DNA of 64,000 nucleotides from an uncultured virus (IMG/VR IMGVR_UViG_2860815047_000004) (taxonomy: Duplodnaviria > Heunggongvirae > Uroviricota > Caudoviricetes): IMG/VR virus record IMGVR_UViG_2860815047_000004; one strand, given 5' to 3'. The notes below the pieces were generated by a model. That model saw only the letters and a program-made list of their open reading frames with translations. It ran no database searches and was not told the DNA's origin. Positions 9,967-19,873 of the stretch are shown here, in pieces. The translations under genes were made by a program, and so were the position numbers. How positions within the stretch are numbered: the stretch's first letter is position 1; the number at the start of each line of letters is the position of its first letter.

Positions 9967-10025
9967 TTGCCACTAACTAGGTAAAAGGTTATAATTAAGT
10001 CAACAAAAAAGGGAACATAGGTTCG
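9967..10025 (+). promoter_or_regulatory. SigA promoter with LexA/DinR SOS box
   Basis: TTGCCA-17-TATAAT; GGAACATAGGTTCG at 10012-10025. Confidence 0.75.
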
Positions 10026-10054
10026 GTTGATTACTACCAGAGAGAGGGAAACGT

Positions 10055-10354
10055 ATGTCAGAAAAGGATTATTTCATTCAAGGGGAGCTGTGCATACCTT
10101 TTTTTGGCAGAATAAAAGCCAAGAATGAAGAGGAAGCACTTTTGTTCGCATATCAATCAATTAAAAAGAAATTAAGAAATAAAACAGGGAAAATGGGGTT
10201 TCTTCAAAAAGATCAAGAAAAATATGAGGCACTATTTGATGTAGATATCATGTGTACAGAGGATGCTGAATTAACAACCTCTTATGCCGAAGAAATAGAC
10301 GATTCGTTTGAAAATGAGGATTATAAATCTTCACAATTGTTATCATCGAAGTAA
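10055..10354 (+). CDS. Hypothetical protein, putatively SOS-induced
   Basis: 99-aa ORF after the SOS-box promoter. Confidence 0.7.
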   Translation: MSEKDYFIQGELCIPFFGRIKAKNEEEALLFAYQSIKKKLRNKTGKMGFLQKDQEKYEALFDVDIMCTEDAELTTSYAEEIDDSFENEDYKSSQLLSSK

Positions 10355-10428
10355 AAATACATACACATCTTGTCAGTCATCATGAGACATAAAAAATTGG
10401 TGACTTTTTAGTCAGACTGGAGCATACA

Positions 10429-10674
10429 ATGGATTTTAATCTTGAAATTGACTTGAAAGACATTATGAGATCAGTTTCCATGAGTGTTGGTTCTAAGAAC
10501 ATCCAAAGTGGAGAGTACTACATAGACATTATTTTTAAAAACAATGGGGATTGTTTGAGGATTAGAATGGATCATGCTTCAGTTTTAGAATTTAGAGATA
10601 AAATAAATGAAACTCTTTGGAAATTGGATGGCATGAAGACGTATATGAAGACAGCAGCTTTACAGTATGAGTAA
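10429..10674 (+). CDS. Hypothetical protein
   Basis: 81 aa, RBS GGAG. Confidence 0.65.
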   Translation: MDFNLEIDLKDIMRSVSMSVGSKNIQSGEYYIDIIFKNNGDCLRIRMDHASVLEFRDKINETLWKLDGMKTYMKTAALQYE

Positions 10675-10782
10675 AGCTGATTTTTTTAAAATTATTCAGA
10701 ATAAAAATAAAATAAGTATTTACAACATATGGTTGAGGTTATATAATCAAATTAGAATCAGGAAAGGAGATAGCTTTAATTA

Positions 10783-11007
10783 TTGATTAATGAACCAACT
10801 AACAATCAAATAAGAACCATGGTTTTAAAGAAATATGCAAAGCTCTTAGCATCATGTGAAAGGTCTTTGCGCAGCATAGAGAATAATGAAATCAGAATGG
10901 CAATTGGGGATCTAGATTTTGTTAAAGATAATTTAGAGGAAATACAATACATACTTCGTGATGTTGTGAATCAGCATGAATATATTAAGAATAAAAATAA
11001 AATGTAA
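10783..11007 (+). CDS. Hypothetical protein
   Basis: 74 aa; promoter TTTACA..TATAAT and RBS AAGGAG upstream. Confidence 0.65.
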   Translation: MINEPTNNQIRTMVLKKYAKLLASCERSLRSIENNEIRMAIGDLDFVKDNLEEIQYILRDVVNQHEYIKNKNKM

Positions 11008-11039
11008 GTTTTATTGAGTTTTGAAACGAGGGAGGAATA

Positions 11040-11267
11040 ATGATGCAAAATGGATTTAAAAAATTCAAAGTTGGATTTAGAGGTGGAATTGAACTCGAGT
11101 TTACCAATGAGGATATAGTAGCTATTGAAGAGCAACCTGGTGGCCAAACGTGCCTCACTCTTATTAACGGTTATCGAATGGTATTCAGTAACCCCGTAAA
11201 CAAGTTGAAAGAAATTTTTCAATGGAGTGATAAAAATCTTATAAAAGCAAAGGAGGGTTCAGAATGA
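11040..11267 (+). CDS. Hypothetical protein
   Basis: RBS GGAGG. Confidence 0.7.
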   Translation: MMQNGFKKFKVGFRGGIELEFTNEDIVAIEEQPGGQTCLTLINGYRMVFSNPVNKLKEIFQWSDKNLIKAKEGSE

Positions 11268-11454
11268 CGTGGATAGATTTAGTGAGGAATTACTTTCCCG
11301 ATGCCAATGATAAGCAGTGTGATTTTATATTGTGGGAAAAACTGCTTTCCCTTTAGCTTCTGTGGAAACTATTGAAAATCAGTTACAGGAATACCAAACA
11401 AACATTTTTGCAGATAGAAGGAGTAATCGGGTTATTAAGGAGGTTATGGAGTGA
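11264..11454 (+). pseudogene. Small phage gene with -1 frameshift in an A-run (or a sequencing error)
   Basis: MTWIDLVRNYFPDANDKQCDFILWEK; adding one A near 11340 continues TAFPLASVETIENQL... to a TGA coupled with the next gene. Confidence 0.55.
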
Positions 11455-11756
11455 ACAAAATCACAATTAAAACATGCGATAAGGTTGAAGTCACAAAAGC
11501 ACAGGCACGAGCAATTGAGGAAGGGAAGAAATTTTATTTAAGAATGGCTGATAATGACCCTCAGAGAGTGAACGACTTAACAAATGGGGACAAAAAAGAA
11601 TTTGCGCGCCTTCAATTTGTAGGGAAACAATTTGTCATCAATAATGGTGACGTCGAACCGTGGACTGGATTGTTTGAACCACTGAATAGTATGTATGCTT
11701 ATGATCTTAATAAGGCAATTTTAAAGGGATATATCGTGAAGGAGGGCGCGGAGTGA
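11451..11756 (+). CDS. Hypothetical phage protein
   Basis: 101 aa, translationally coupled. Confidence 0.75.
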   Translation: MNKITIKTCDKVEVTKAQARAIEEGKKFYLRMADNDPQRVNDLTNGDKKEFARLQFVGKQFVINNGDVEPWTGLFEPLNSMYAYDLNKAILKGYIVKEGAE

Positions 11757-11965
11757 TGGCATTTCATAAAGAAGTGGTTGAAACTATATACAAAACGGTT
11801 GTTATTTGCGATAAATGCGGCAAAGAGAAGGTTTTAAACATAGGTTACCCGTTAACGTGGGAGGGGCATATGAATGGTGCTTTGCGCCATGATTACACAT
11901 TCACGGAGAAGGGGAACGGTTTTGAAACTCTATGTCCTGACTGTCAGAAGGAGGGTGCGGAATGA
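11753..11965 (+). CDS. Zinc-finger protein
   Basis: CDKC and CPDC. Confidence 0.75.
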   Translation: MMAFHKEVVETIYKTVVICDKCGKEKVLNIGYPLTWEGHMNGALRHDYTFTEKGNGFETLCPDCQKEGAE

Positions 11966-12174
11966 AAGCCAAATCAATTCAACTTTTCAATCTGTTTGAC
12001 GAATTGAACGAACAGGTGAACAACGTCATGCATGACGCAGTGATTTCCAAAAAGAGAAACAGGCTCGATATGATAGATCAAGGTGCAAAAGAGGCCGAGC
12101 GGATCATAAGAGAAATTCAAATGCTTGTCAATTCGATGCGGCGGAAGAAGGTGGACATGGAATGCCAAAAGTGA
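11962..12174 (+). CDS. Small coiled-coil protein
   Basis: 70 aa, coupled ATGA. Confidence 0.7.
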   Translation: MKAKSIQLFNLFDELNEQVNNVMHDAVISKKRNRLDMIDQGAKEAERIIREIQMLVNSMRRKKVDMECQK

Positions 12175-12344
12175 ATGGAACATTGATCGGATACCATTGC
12201 GACGACTGCGAGGAATGGACATTCTTAGAAAGGCCTGCCAGCACATCCGAAATTTATTGCCCTTTTTGTGGAGAACAAAATCTTGCGATAGATTCTGATG
12301 ATTTAAGTTTACTGGAAGAAATAATGAAGGTGGACGCGGAATGA
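12162..12344 (+). CDS. Zinc-ribbon protein
   Basis: CDDC and CPFC. Confidence 0.7.
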   Translation: MPKVNGTLIGYHCDDCEEWTFLERPASTSEIYCPFCGEQNLAIDSDDLSLLEEIMKVDAE

Positions 12345-12559
12345 GTAAATTCATCGTTTTTAAAATGGATGACATCAAAGACCATTTAACTATTGAAGAA
12401 CAGCTCCTTTTATGGACGTCCATCGAAAAGATTAACGTATGCAGAGAAGCCGAAGGGAAAAAGTTTAATAATTATGCCGTCATCAACCAGGATGAACCCT
12501 ATATCAACGAGGTAACGGACATTATGAGAAAGCATGGACATTGGGAGGACGCGGAGTGA
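12341..12559 (+). CDS. Hypothetical phage protein
   Basis: 72 aa, coupled ATGA. Confidence 0.75.
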   Translation: MSKFIVFKMDDIKDHLTIEEQLLLWTSIEKINVCREAEGKKFNNYAVINQDEPYINEVTDIMRKHGHWEDAE

Positions 12560-12684
12560 TGGAAGATATTCTTTGCCCTAGCTGCGGCGAAAGTGAATTA
12601 GAACTATGGCATATGGACATTTACGAATGCCCGGAGTGCGGGACTATGATTCCGGGTGAAGCATTGGAGGGGGCCGCGGAATGA
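12559..12684 (+). CDS. 41-aa zinc-ribbon protein (not in ORF track)
   Basis: [14 protein letters not shown]...YECPECG...GAAE. Confidence 0.7.
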   Translation: MEDILCPSCGESELELWHMDIYECPECGTMIPGEALEGAAE

Positions 12685-13112
12685 GTAAGAGGTCTAACCT
12701 GTTATTAAGGAATAATGTGAAATCAAATCAAAGAGAAAAATTCATTGCAAATGGTATTCCCTATGATGAGCTTGATACACAAATGATCAATTTAATTGAT
12801 ATTTTGAATTACAAGATTGGATTGAAAACACGCCACTGTTGTTTTGGACATAAACCATACGAGGAAATTCAAGTAATGTTTGAAGAAGAAGTGAATTTAA
12901 AAGAAGACCAAATTCTCGAATTGGCAGAATTAGCGGGGAGAGAATGGAAAGGTCTTCAGTTAAGCTTCAGCAAATGGGCACGGTTCTCCCCAATGATGTT
13001 CAATTGGTCATTAGTGTTATCGAAAAGATTTAGAAATCCAGAAGATCCAAATAAATACCGATACCTAAGATCAGTTGAAGAATTCTTTGAGAACTATGCC
13101 GCAATGAAGTGA
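12681..13112 (+). CDS. Hypothetical phage protein
   Basis: 143 aa; TRHCCFGH motif. Confidence 0.75.
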   Translation: MSKRSNLLLRNNVKSNQREKFIANGIPYDELDTQMINLIDILNYKIGLKTRHCCFGHKPYEEIQVMFEEEVNLKEDQILELAELAGREWKGLQLSFSKWARFSPMMFNWSLVLSKRFRNPEDPNKYRYLRSVEEFFENYAAMK

Positions 13113-13153
13113 TTAAAAGATGCATTTTAAACTAAATTAAAAATAAGTGGAGA

Positions 13154-13960
13154 GTGATTAAGGTGGGAAAAGACATTAAAAGTGAGCAAATTGAAGCAAC
13201 CATTAACGAAAATAACGAAATGGGAGTATTTGAACACAGAACTATCCGGGAACAACACATGTACCGGGATGAGATTTTGGATCGGATAAAAGCTGTTCCT
13301 CTTCTAGGGAGCTCTACAGAGATAACAGTTGAGATGGCAGCGGAGTACTACATGGTTCCTGTTGATACGATTAAAACTGTCATCAAAAGAAACAGGAATG
13401 AATTTAATGATTATGCTGAAATAAGAGTTTTGAAAGGTAAGAGTTTAAAAGAATTTTGTCAGGTTCATGATGAACCTCGCAAATTAATAAGCCCAAAAGT
13501 CAGAAGTTTGCAAATCGTTAATCGAAGAGGCCTCCTTAGACTAGGTATGTTGCTTACTGAATCAGAAGTCGGGAAATCAATTAGACATTACTTGTTGAAT
13601 GTAGAGGAAGCAACTCCAAAGCAAATTGCTATCTGGGCAGCACAAAGAGAAATTGCAAGAACAGAAAGAAAACAACTCACAGATGCAATTAAGGAGTTTT
13701 ATGAAGGAAATATGAAGGATTCTCATGCATACACAAACTTTACCCAACTAGTGTATATGGTGTGTTTTGATAAAAACAAAAAGGGTCTAATGGAGGTATA
13801 TGATTTGGATGAAAAGGATCAGCTAAGAGATGCGATGACTACAGAAGATCTTAGAAAAGTCGTACAGGCTGAAAAAGCTATTTCAGTATTGGTTCAATTG
13901 GGCAAAGATTACGCAGAGATCAAAGATGAGCTGCTAAAAAATAAGCACAAGTTTCAATAA
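13154..13960 (+). CDS. Putative phage DNA-binding/antirepressor-like protein
   Basis: TVEMAAEYYMVPVDTIKTVIKRN..RRGLLRLGMLLTESEV; bounded by TAAAA-N6-TTTTA sites. Confidence 0.65.
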   Translation: MIKVGKDIKSEQIEATINENNEMGVFEHRTIREQHMYRDEILDRIKAVPLLGSSTEITVEMAAEYYMVPVDTIKTVIKRNRNEFNDYAEIRVLKGKSLKEFCQVHDEPRKLISPKVRSLQIVNRRGLLRLGMLLTESEVGKSIRHYLLNVEEATPKQIAIWAAQREIARTERKQLTDAIKEFYEGNMKDSHAYTNFTQLVYMVCFDKNKKGLMEVYDLDEKDQLRDAMTTEDLRKVVQAEKAISVLVQLGKDYAEIKDELLKNKHKFQ

Positions 13961-13994
13961 AAGTAAAATTTTAAAGAGAAAGGTTGATGGAAAG

Positions 13995-14198
13995 ATGAAA
14001 TTTGCACCAATGGATAAAGTTAAATTTAAAACAGATAGCCATTTCAACAAACTTCGAACATTAAAAAAAAGAGTTCCTGAATTTGACGATCCTTCACTCG
14101 GTGAATGCTGGGAATTTGAAGAAGATGGGTTAAAACAATTTGATTGGGAGGAGAATTACGAATTTGTCGCTAGACCCAAACATTTTAATTGGGATTAA
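13995..14198 (+). CDS. Hypothetical phage protein
   Basis: 67-aa ORF. Confidence 0.7.
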   Translation: MKFAPMDKVKFKTDSHFNKLRTLKKRVPEFDDPSLGECWEFEEDGLKQFDWEENYEFVARPKHFNWD

Positions 14199-14221
14199 AA
14201 ATAGTATCTAATAAGATTTTA

Positions 14222-14479
14222 ATGAAAAGGAGCTGTTATAAAGTGAAAGATATCCGAGTTGTTTATGACAGAAACAAAACTTTAGAAGCGGTCGTAGTCC
14301 AGTTTGGAGACTATATGTGTGAGCTAACGGATTCGCAAGTGATTGATGAAGAAAATAAAGAATTCGATGTACTTAATGATGAATATCAAGGAACTTGGAA
14401 ATATGAAAATGGACAACACTGCGAAGTCAAAATTTATGATGGGGTAGACAAGTGGGTTTGTCAAGCATTCTTACACTGA
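14222..14479 (+). CDS. Hypothetical protein (start uncertain)
   Basis: ORF 14189-14479; RBS AAGGAG suggests a later start. Confidence 0.55.
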   Translation: MKRSCYKVKDIRVVYDRNKTLEAVVVQFGDYMCELTDSQVIDEENKEFDVLNDEYQGTWKYENGQHCEVKIYDGVDKWVCQAFLH

Positions 14480-14524
14480 AAAAGTAAAATGTTCTTCAGA
14501 TGATATAACGGAGGGGAAATAAAG

Positions 14525-14863
14525 ATGACGGAATCACAATTAAGGGAAGAAAATGAAAATTTGAAAAGGCAAGTAGATCATATGAAAGAAGTCTATAAAG
14601 AAAATATGCATCTTCATATGGCAGTAAGACAGGGCGAACAGTTAAAGGCTAACCTACAAGCTTATTTACGACAAGATGACCGAGTATATAGCCCTCATTT
14701 CATTACACCAAAACAAAAACAATATATCGCGATTCTGTTCAAAAAACATGGTTTGTCTCCACTCAGTAAAGCAAAACGAAAAATAGTTAGGCGATTTAAT
14801 GGGGGCGGTCTGATTTCAGAGCACGAAGCACATCAAGTTATACAAATGTATGAAAGAAAGTAA
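14525..14863 (+). CDS. Hypothetical phage protein
   Basis: 112 aa, RBS GGAGGGG. Confidence 0.75.
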   Translation: MTESQLREENENLKRQVDHMKEVYKENMHLHMAVRQGEQLKANLQAYLRQDDRVYSPHFITPKQKQYIAILFKKHGLSPLSKAKRKIVRRFNGGGLISEHEAHQVIQMYERK

Positions 14864-15018
14864 TAGTTAATCTTGACTCGGTTGTTTCAACTGTAACCAA
14901 GAAGGAAAGAGATTTTTAATTTAGGCTACAGAATTACAATAAAAAGACTGTTTTAAAGAAAGGGTGAGAACCGATAGTCAATTTCAAAAAATTTAGTGAT
15001 CCTGAATATATTAAGCAG

Positions 15019-15642
15019 ATGGAAATTGAGAGAAATGAACGTGAGCGGATATATCAAGAAAAGGAGACTTTAAGAAAGAAAACGGTGTGCTTCACTGGTC
15101 ATAGGCCGAACAAATTGGGTGGATACGATATGAAAAATCCAACAATGCTTAAACTCAAAGATAAGCTGCTTGAAGTAATTGAAGAATTAATCAATAAGGA
15201 AAACAAGTCCAGGTTCATAACTGGTGGAGCGTTAGGAACTGATCAGGCTGCATGCTGGTGTGTACATATTCTAAAGAAGAAATACCCACATATCAAAAAC
15301 ATAATTGCTACACCTTTCAAAGAACAAGATAAAGTGTGGTCTGAAGAACAAAAAATGTGGTACAAACGTATGCTTGATGTGGCAGATGAGTTTATTAATG
15401 TTGAAGAATTAGATAAATATAAAGTTAGTGGAGCTGTACCAGGAGAGTTTTCGCCGGCTAAGATGCAAAAGCGAAATGAATACATGATTGATCACAGTGA
15501 AGCAATAGTAGCTGTTTATGACGGAAGTAAAAGTGGGACAAGGAATTGTCTGTATTACGCTAGGAAAACATACTTAGGACATCAAATTTGGAGACTACAT
15601 CCAAAATGTGATTTTGAATTAGATATATCATATACACCTTAA
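15019..15642 (+). CDS. yoqJ: SLOG/YpsA (DUF1273) family protein
   Basis: VCFTGHRP, FITGGALGTD, MQKRNEYMIDHS, YDGSKSGT. Confidence 0.85.
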   Translation: MEIERNERERIYQEKETLRKKTVCFTGHRPNKLGGYDMKNPTMLKLKDKLLEVIEELINKENKSRFITGGALGTDQAACWCVHILKKKYPHIKNIIATPFKEQDKVWSEEQKMWYKRMLDVADEFINVEELDKYKVSGAVPGEFSPAKMQKRNEYMIDHSEAIVAVYDGSKSGTRNCLYYARKTYLGHQIWRLHPKCDFELDISYTP

Positions 15643-15667
15643 TAACCCAGCGGGAGGTAATAAAGCA

Positions 15668-15868
15668 TTGAATCCTTTTAACTACAGATCTGAACAGAGA
15701 GGATATGAGCAAGAATACTATGGGGGTTATTGTAATCAAGTGAGAAACCTTGGTTTAAAACCTATCCCATTTCACAGGTTTCAGGATTTTTTAAGGGAAA
15801 GCTACAATTCAACAAGAACAAAGAAGGAAAGAATGAGATTTCTAATTAAGATCACAGAATCACAATAA
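15668..15868 (+). CDS. Hypothetical phage protein
   Basis: 66 aa, RBS GGGAGG. Confidence 0.65.
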   Translation: MNPFNYRSEQRGYEQEYYGGYCNQVRNLGLKPIPFHRFQDFLRESYNSTRTKKERMRFLIKITESQ

Positions 15869-16038
15869 AAGGATTATTTCATAGTAAGGAGGAAGGCACA
15901 TAGGTTATTTAAAGCACATAATTGATACAGCCTGGTTTAACTTAGTTTGGTTTAGATGGCATCTTGGAGCGGACATAAGCGTATTTGATGGCTGCGGATG
16001 GAATACATATAAATGCTTAAAGGGTAAAAATAAAATAA

Positions 16039-16269
16039 GTGGAGGTTATAAGGGTGATAAAAAGGAATCTACTTAGCAACCACGTTGATGAGATTATTGG
16101 TGAATATTACGCTGGAAAAGGATATTCAGTCCATAGCATTGAACGCCAGGAAAATGGACAACTGATCGTAGTTACGGAGCGAGCAGCAGAGGAGAAACAA
16201 CCGGTAAAAGTTGATATTGCTTTTGATTTTGTACATAGAAGACCACATAAGAAGAAGTATTTAGCTTAA
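16039..16269 (+). CDS. Hypothetical phage protein
   Basis: ORF; likely start at GTG 16054 after GGAGG. Confidence 0.7.
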   Translation: MEVIRVIKRNLLSNHVDEIIGEYYAGKGYSVHSIERQENGQLIVVTERAAEEKQPVKVDIAFDFVHRRPHKKKYLA

Positions 16270-16282
16270 AAAAGGCAAAGAG

Positions 16283-16699
16283 TCAAAGCTCTTTACCATC
16301 AGGTGTTTTCCTTAACCGGTTCGCAATGTACTTCATTACGTTTACTGCAATCGACACTAATGCAATAATCAATGCTATTTCAAATAAGAGGATGTATCCA
16401 AAATTCACATTAAGCTTTTCAAAGTAATCGCTGGTAAATGAAAGAAGTTTATAAATTCCTAGCATAAAAACAATAAAGGAAACTCCTAAAATTACAAGTG
16501 ACTTTTTAGAATAATCTTTAGCATGTTCAAAATTATAAATCATTATTGATAAAAATAACAAACCCGTAGCAATCTTGTGGGATAGCGAATCATCGGCCGA
16601 AAATGATTGCACTACTATACTGATGATTAATCCAGTAATACCGATTGTTTTATTCAAGGAATCACCCACTCGTATGTAAGTTAGGTATGAGTTTACCAA
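16283..16699 (-). CDS. yoqO: Four-TM membrane protein, YoqO-like
   Basis: Four hydrophobic helices; orientation and synteny. Confidence 0.7.
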   Translation of the reverse strand: MVNSYLTYIRVGDSLNKTIGITGLIISIVVQSFSADDSLSHKIATGLLFLSIMIYNFEHAKDYSKKSLVILGVSFIVFMLGIYKLLSFTSDYFEKLNVNFGYILLFEIALIIALVSIAVNVMKYIANRLRKTPDGKEL

Positions 16700-16777
16700 T
16701 TAAAGGGGATTTTCTCAAGGCAATAAACATTAAAGTTAAATTAAAATCGTGATTTTAAACAGAATAGGAGGAAACGA

Positions 16778-17302
16778 ATGAATCAAGATATTCAGTTTTT
16801 AAAAGAACTTCAGCAAGAGTTGAAAAATCAAGACAACGACGGACAAGCTGCACCACGTTTCTGGACAGTTGGTGATTATGAATGGGTCGAAGCTCGAGAG
16901 GAAAATGCAGAACGGTATTCTGTATACCTGCCATATATTGCAGAAGCATATGTTTTAGATGATTATTTAGAAGATTTAAAAGAAGATAGTGAGCTATCTA
17001 AGGAAGCATTAACAGAGTTGAAAAATGACGACTTTGATGATCCTCTTGAGTGGATTCAAAAATACATTGATGAAGAAGCAGAATTAATTCCAGAAAGAAA
17101 GGTTCATATTGTACGGCCGGATACAATGTTTTTGACCAAAGAAGAAGCGAAGAGCCACATCAATTTGAACAAGCATCACTACACTTCAGAAGCTCATACT
17201 TATGCAATGACAGCTTGGAGGGCACCAAAAGTAGAGCAGTTGCTTAACATACTTGAAACGTTTGATTGGAATTCAATTAAAGACAGTCAATACAATCTAT
17301 AA
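16778..17302 (+). CDS. Hypothetical phage protein
   Basis: 174 aa, RBS AGGAGG. Confidence 0.8.
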   Translation: MNQDIQFLKELQQELKNQDNDGQAAPRFWTVGDYEWVEAREENAERYSVYLPYIAEAYVLDDYLEDLKEDSELSKEALTELKNDDFDDPLEWIQKYIDEEAELIPERKVHIVRPDTMFLTKEEAKSHINLNKHHYTSEAHTYAMTAWRAPKVEQLLNILETFDWNSIKDSQYNL

Positions 17303-17313
17303 GGGGTGGGAAA

Positions 17314-17622
17314 ATGAATACATATGTAGTTACAAAAGAAACTGAAAATTATCTATATGAAATAAATAAACAAATTGTTTATGCCGGTAATAATAAAGAT
17401 GCTGCCTTTGGTCATAAACCTGAAACAAGTGAGAGCAGACTAATTTTAGACGTCTGGTTTAATGGCCTAATTGTTAAATCATTCAGCAGAAATCCTAATG
17501 GCAACTGGCGCGTTTTATTTGATAAAATGGCAATCGCGAAGAAAGAAGTTGAAGACTACAGCAGAAAATTAAACAAGGCACAAGACCTTGTAGAGATGAT
17601 AGAGAGAGCTGAACAAGTCTAG
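17314..17622 (+). CDS. Hypothetical phage protein
   Basis: 102 aa, RBS GGGGTG. Confidence 0.75.
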   Translation: MNTYVVTKETENYLYEINKQIVYAGNNKDAAFGHKPETSESRLILDVWFNGLIVKSFSRNPNGNWRVLFDKMAIAKKEVEDYSRKLNKAQDLVEMIERAEQV

Positions 17623-17707
17623 ATAAAAGATAATTTTCAACTAAACATATAAGGATGGATCGTTATCGAAATTATAAGCAAATCTGATAACGATCGCAGA
17701 GGGGATG

Positions 17708-17860
17708 TTAATCTCTATAGTGACGTCTCTTCTCAAAATAATCTTGATACTCATTCTGCTTTAGTTTGGACTTGAATACAAACCAAATTATAGCACCTAG
17801 TGAATAATCCATGACTTTATCAAAAATCCAAGTTGTGAAAAGATCCATTAGAATTTTCAT
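17708..17860 (-). CDS. 50-aa small membrane peptide (not in ORF track)
   Basis: RBS GGAGGTGA; MKILMDLFTTWIFDKVMDYSLGAIIWFVFKSKLKQNEYQDYFEKRRHYRD; downstream hairpin near 17657-17696. Confidence 0.7.
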   Translation of the reverse strand: MKILMDLFTTWIFDKVMDYSLGAIIWFVFKSKLKQNEYQDYFEKRRHYRD

Positions 17861-18050
17861 TGCCTTTCACCTCCGAGACAAAAATGTCCTTTCTCTTTTA
17901 GATGGCATGGGTAAGACAACGCCTCTATTAATAAAAGAGTGAAAAGCAATAGAAAAATCAAAAAAGAATTCAAAAAAAATTGAGATGGAATAAATGACAG
18001 AAACACAATCAAATGGCGGTGATAGCCATAGGTGATATGGAGGAAAGTCA

Positions 18051-18272
18051 ATGGCGCAAATATATGCGTGCTTTCTAAACGGCAAACTATATGGTTGTGG
18101 TGACATGGAGTATATGAACGATCTATTTAGAGATTATGTTGTTACCTGTGAGATGCATGGAAGAGACGATTGCACATTCCAAATAACTACGAAAAAGAAA
18201 GCTCGCAGATTATTGATTAACGAAACTATAGGCGAAAACAGTGAAGCATTAAAACGATTGGAGAGTGAATAA
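18051..18272 (+). CDS. Hypothetical phage protein
   Basis: RBS GGAGG, 73 aa. Confidence 0.7.
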   Translation: MAQIYACFLNGKLYGCGDMEYMNDLFRDYVVTCEMHGRDDCTFQITTKKKARRLLINETIGENSEALKRLESE

Positions 18273-18482
18273 ATGCGGTTTTGGATTATATATGGAGTGT
18301 ATGTTTTTATTTTCGCATATTCGATCACACAGCTTATGACGTTTGAGTCGGGTAACTATACCGGCTTGGCAGTATTTTTGCTTCCCCTTATATTGTCGTC
18401 GTTTATAACAGCATTAGTCGTTTCCCTCGGGTTATTCGGAAGTAGTTCTCATAGCGGACATGGAGATGGAGGAGGAGAATAA
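18273..18482 (+). CDS. Small two-TM protein
   Basis: Two hydrophobic helices and a Gly/Ser tail. Confidence 0.7.
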   Translation: MRFWIIYGVYVFIFAYSITQLMTFESGNYTGLAVFLLPLILSSFITALVVSLGLFGSSSHSGHGDGGGE

Positions 18483-18576
18483 ATGAGAATATTCTAAATG
18501 ATTTTGTGGGCTACAATATTTGGTGATTATTATGGGATCAAAATAAAATAGTTATTTTAAAGGATGTGATTTATTT

Positions 18577-18774
18577 ATGGGGAGAATCAATGAAGATGTT
18601 TTTCCTTGTGAGATTTGTGAAGAAACCATTGTTTATGAGCCATCTCTTGAATTTAGAGTAAAATGCGATTACTGCAATGCAGAATATTTAATTGAACGAA
18701 CTGTAAAGATAACATTGTTATCAAAAGTGAAAATTCACAAGGAAAGGGGTATGAAAAATGAAAGAATTATTTAA
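18577..18774 (+). CDS. Zinc-ribbon protein
   Basis: CEIC and CDYC. Confidence 0.6.
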   Translation: MGRINEDVFPCEICEETIVYEPSLEFRVKCDYCNAEYLIERTVKITLLSKVKIHKERGMKNERII

Positions 18775-18991
18775 TTGGCAGAGAATAATGTTTTCTCCTA
18801 GGGTGTTATTAAATCACTCGAAATATAAGAATAGTCATACGAAAGTCATTGAGGATGGTTGGCGCTTTGATTGTCATATAGGGAAATATTATAAGTGGAT
18901 TGAGATGGAATAGAACTAACTTAAAGTGTTAATGTAATAGATTTTGAATTTTGTTAAGAAAGAGACATTAAGGAATTATGTAACGGAGAGG

Positions 18992-19804
18992 TTAGACTCT
19001 CCAGGATTCAAAGGAAGGAATACGGAGTTTGCCATGCTTAGTCTTAAATCTGTGTTTAACCTTACATAAGATCGGTTCTACAAATACATATTCATCAGAT
19101 TCAGACTTTACTTGTTTCATAGAGTGGAACTTACTTCGTTCCGCATTCGGCATGAATTCCATAAATCCAGCTGTTGTACCATCAGGATAAGACAGAAGAA
19201 ACTTTATATCCTCTTTGGTGTAGCCAGTGATAAGCACATCTGTGTAATCATAATTAATCACTTTCAGCCAGCTATGGGAACGTTTATTGATTTCATAAGG
19301 GGAGTTAGCTTTCTTTAGTACGATTCCTTCAAGATTCTTTTCTTTGGCCAGATTAAAGTAAGCTAATCCGTTTCCTTGCAGGCCTTCAATTACAAAGACA
19401 TTATCGTGATCAAGGTTTAGGTCTGAAAGCATGCTCTTACGTTCAGTGAGCGGCTTATTAGCGATTGAATACCCGTCAATATAGATTACATCGAATACAC
19501 AATAAACCACCTTATGAGCTGATTTCTTAGACATAAAGCGTTCCATTACAGCTTCAAAATCAGGAGCACCGCCTGGGGCAGCTACAATGATTTCACCGTC
19601 TAAAACAGTTCCATTGGGTATATCAAGATCCAACAGTTCTGGGAACTTGCTTGTTACTTCATTGTTGTGACGAGTATAAAGCTTTATCTGATCATTAAAC
19701 TTGGAGAGGATCAGTCTAATTCCATCAAACTTCAGCTCGGTAATATAATCATCGTCATCAAATGGCTCTTTTATTGAATGCAATAGCATTGGCGATACAA
19801 ACAA
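18992..19804 (-). CDS. ligB: ATP-dependent DNA ligase
   Basis: ELKFDGIR, LDGEI, VFDVI, EGIVLK, WLKV motifs. Confidence 0.95.
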   Translation of the reverse strand: MFVSPMLLHSIKEPFDDDDYITELKFDGIRLILSKFNDQIKLYTRHNNEVTSKFPELLDLDIPNGTVLDGEIIVAAPGGAPDFEAVMERFMSKKSAHKVVYCVFDVIYIDGYSIANKPLTERKSMLSDLNLDHDNVFVIEGLQGNGLAYFNLAKEKNLEGIVLKKANSPYEINKRSHSWLKVINYDYTDVLITGYTKEDIKFLLSYPDGTTAGFMEFMPNAERSKFHSMKQVKSESDEYVFVEPILCKVKHRFKTKHGKLRIPSFESWRV

Positions 19805-19873
19805 AATATCACCTCCTACTTAGAACATATTAGCTAAGCGGAGATGATATATAAAGCGATATGGCAGTGGTAC

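Noticed and set aside
11330..11350. Programmed ribosomal frameshift at GGGAAAAAC
   Set aside because: No evident stimulatory structure; a single-base loss in an A-run, as in nrdE, is the simpler explanation.
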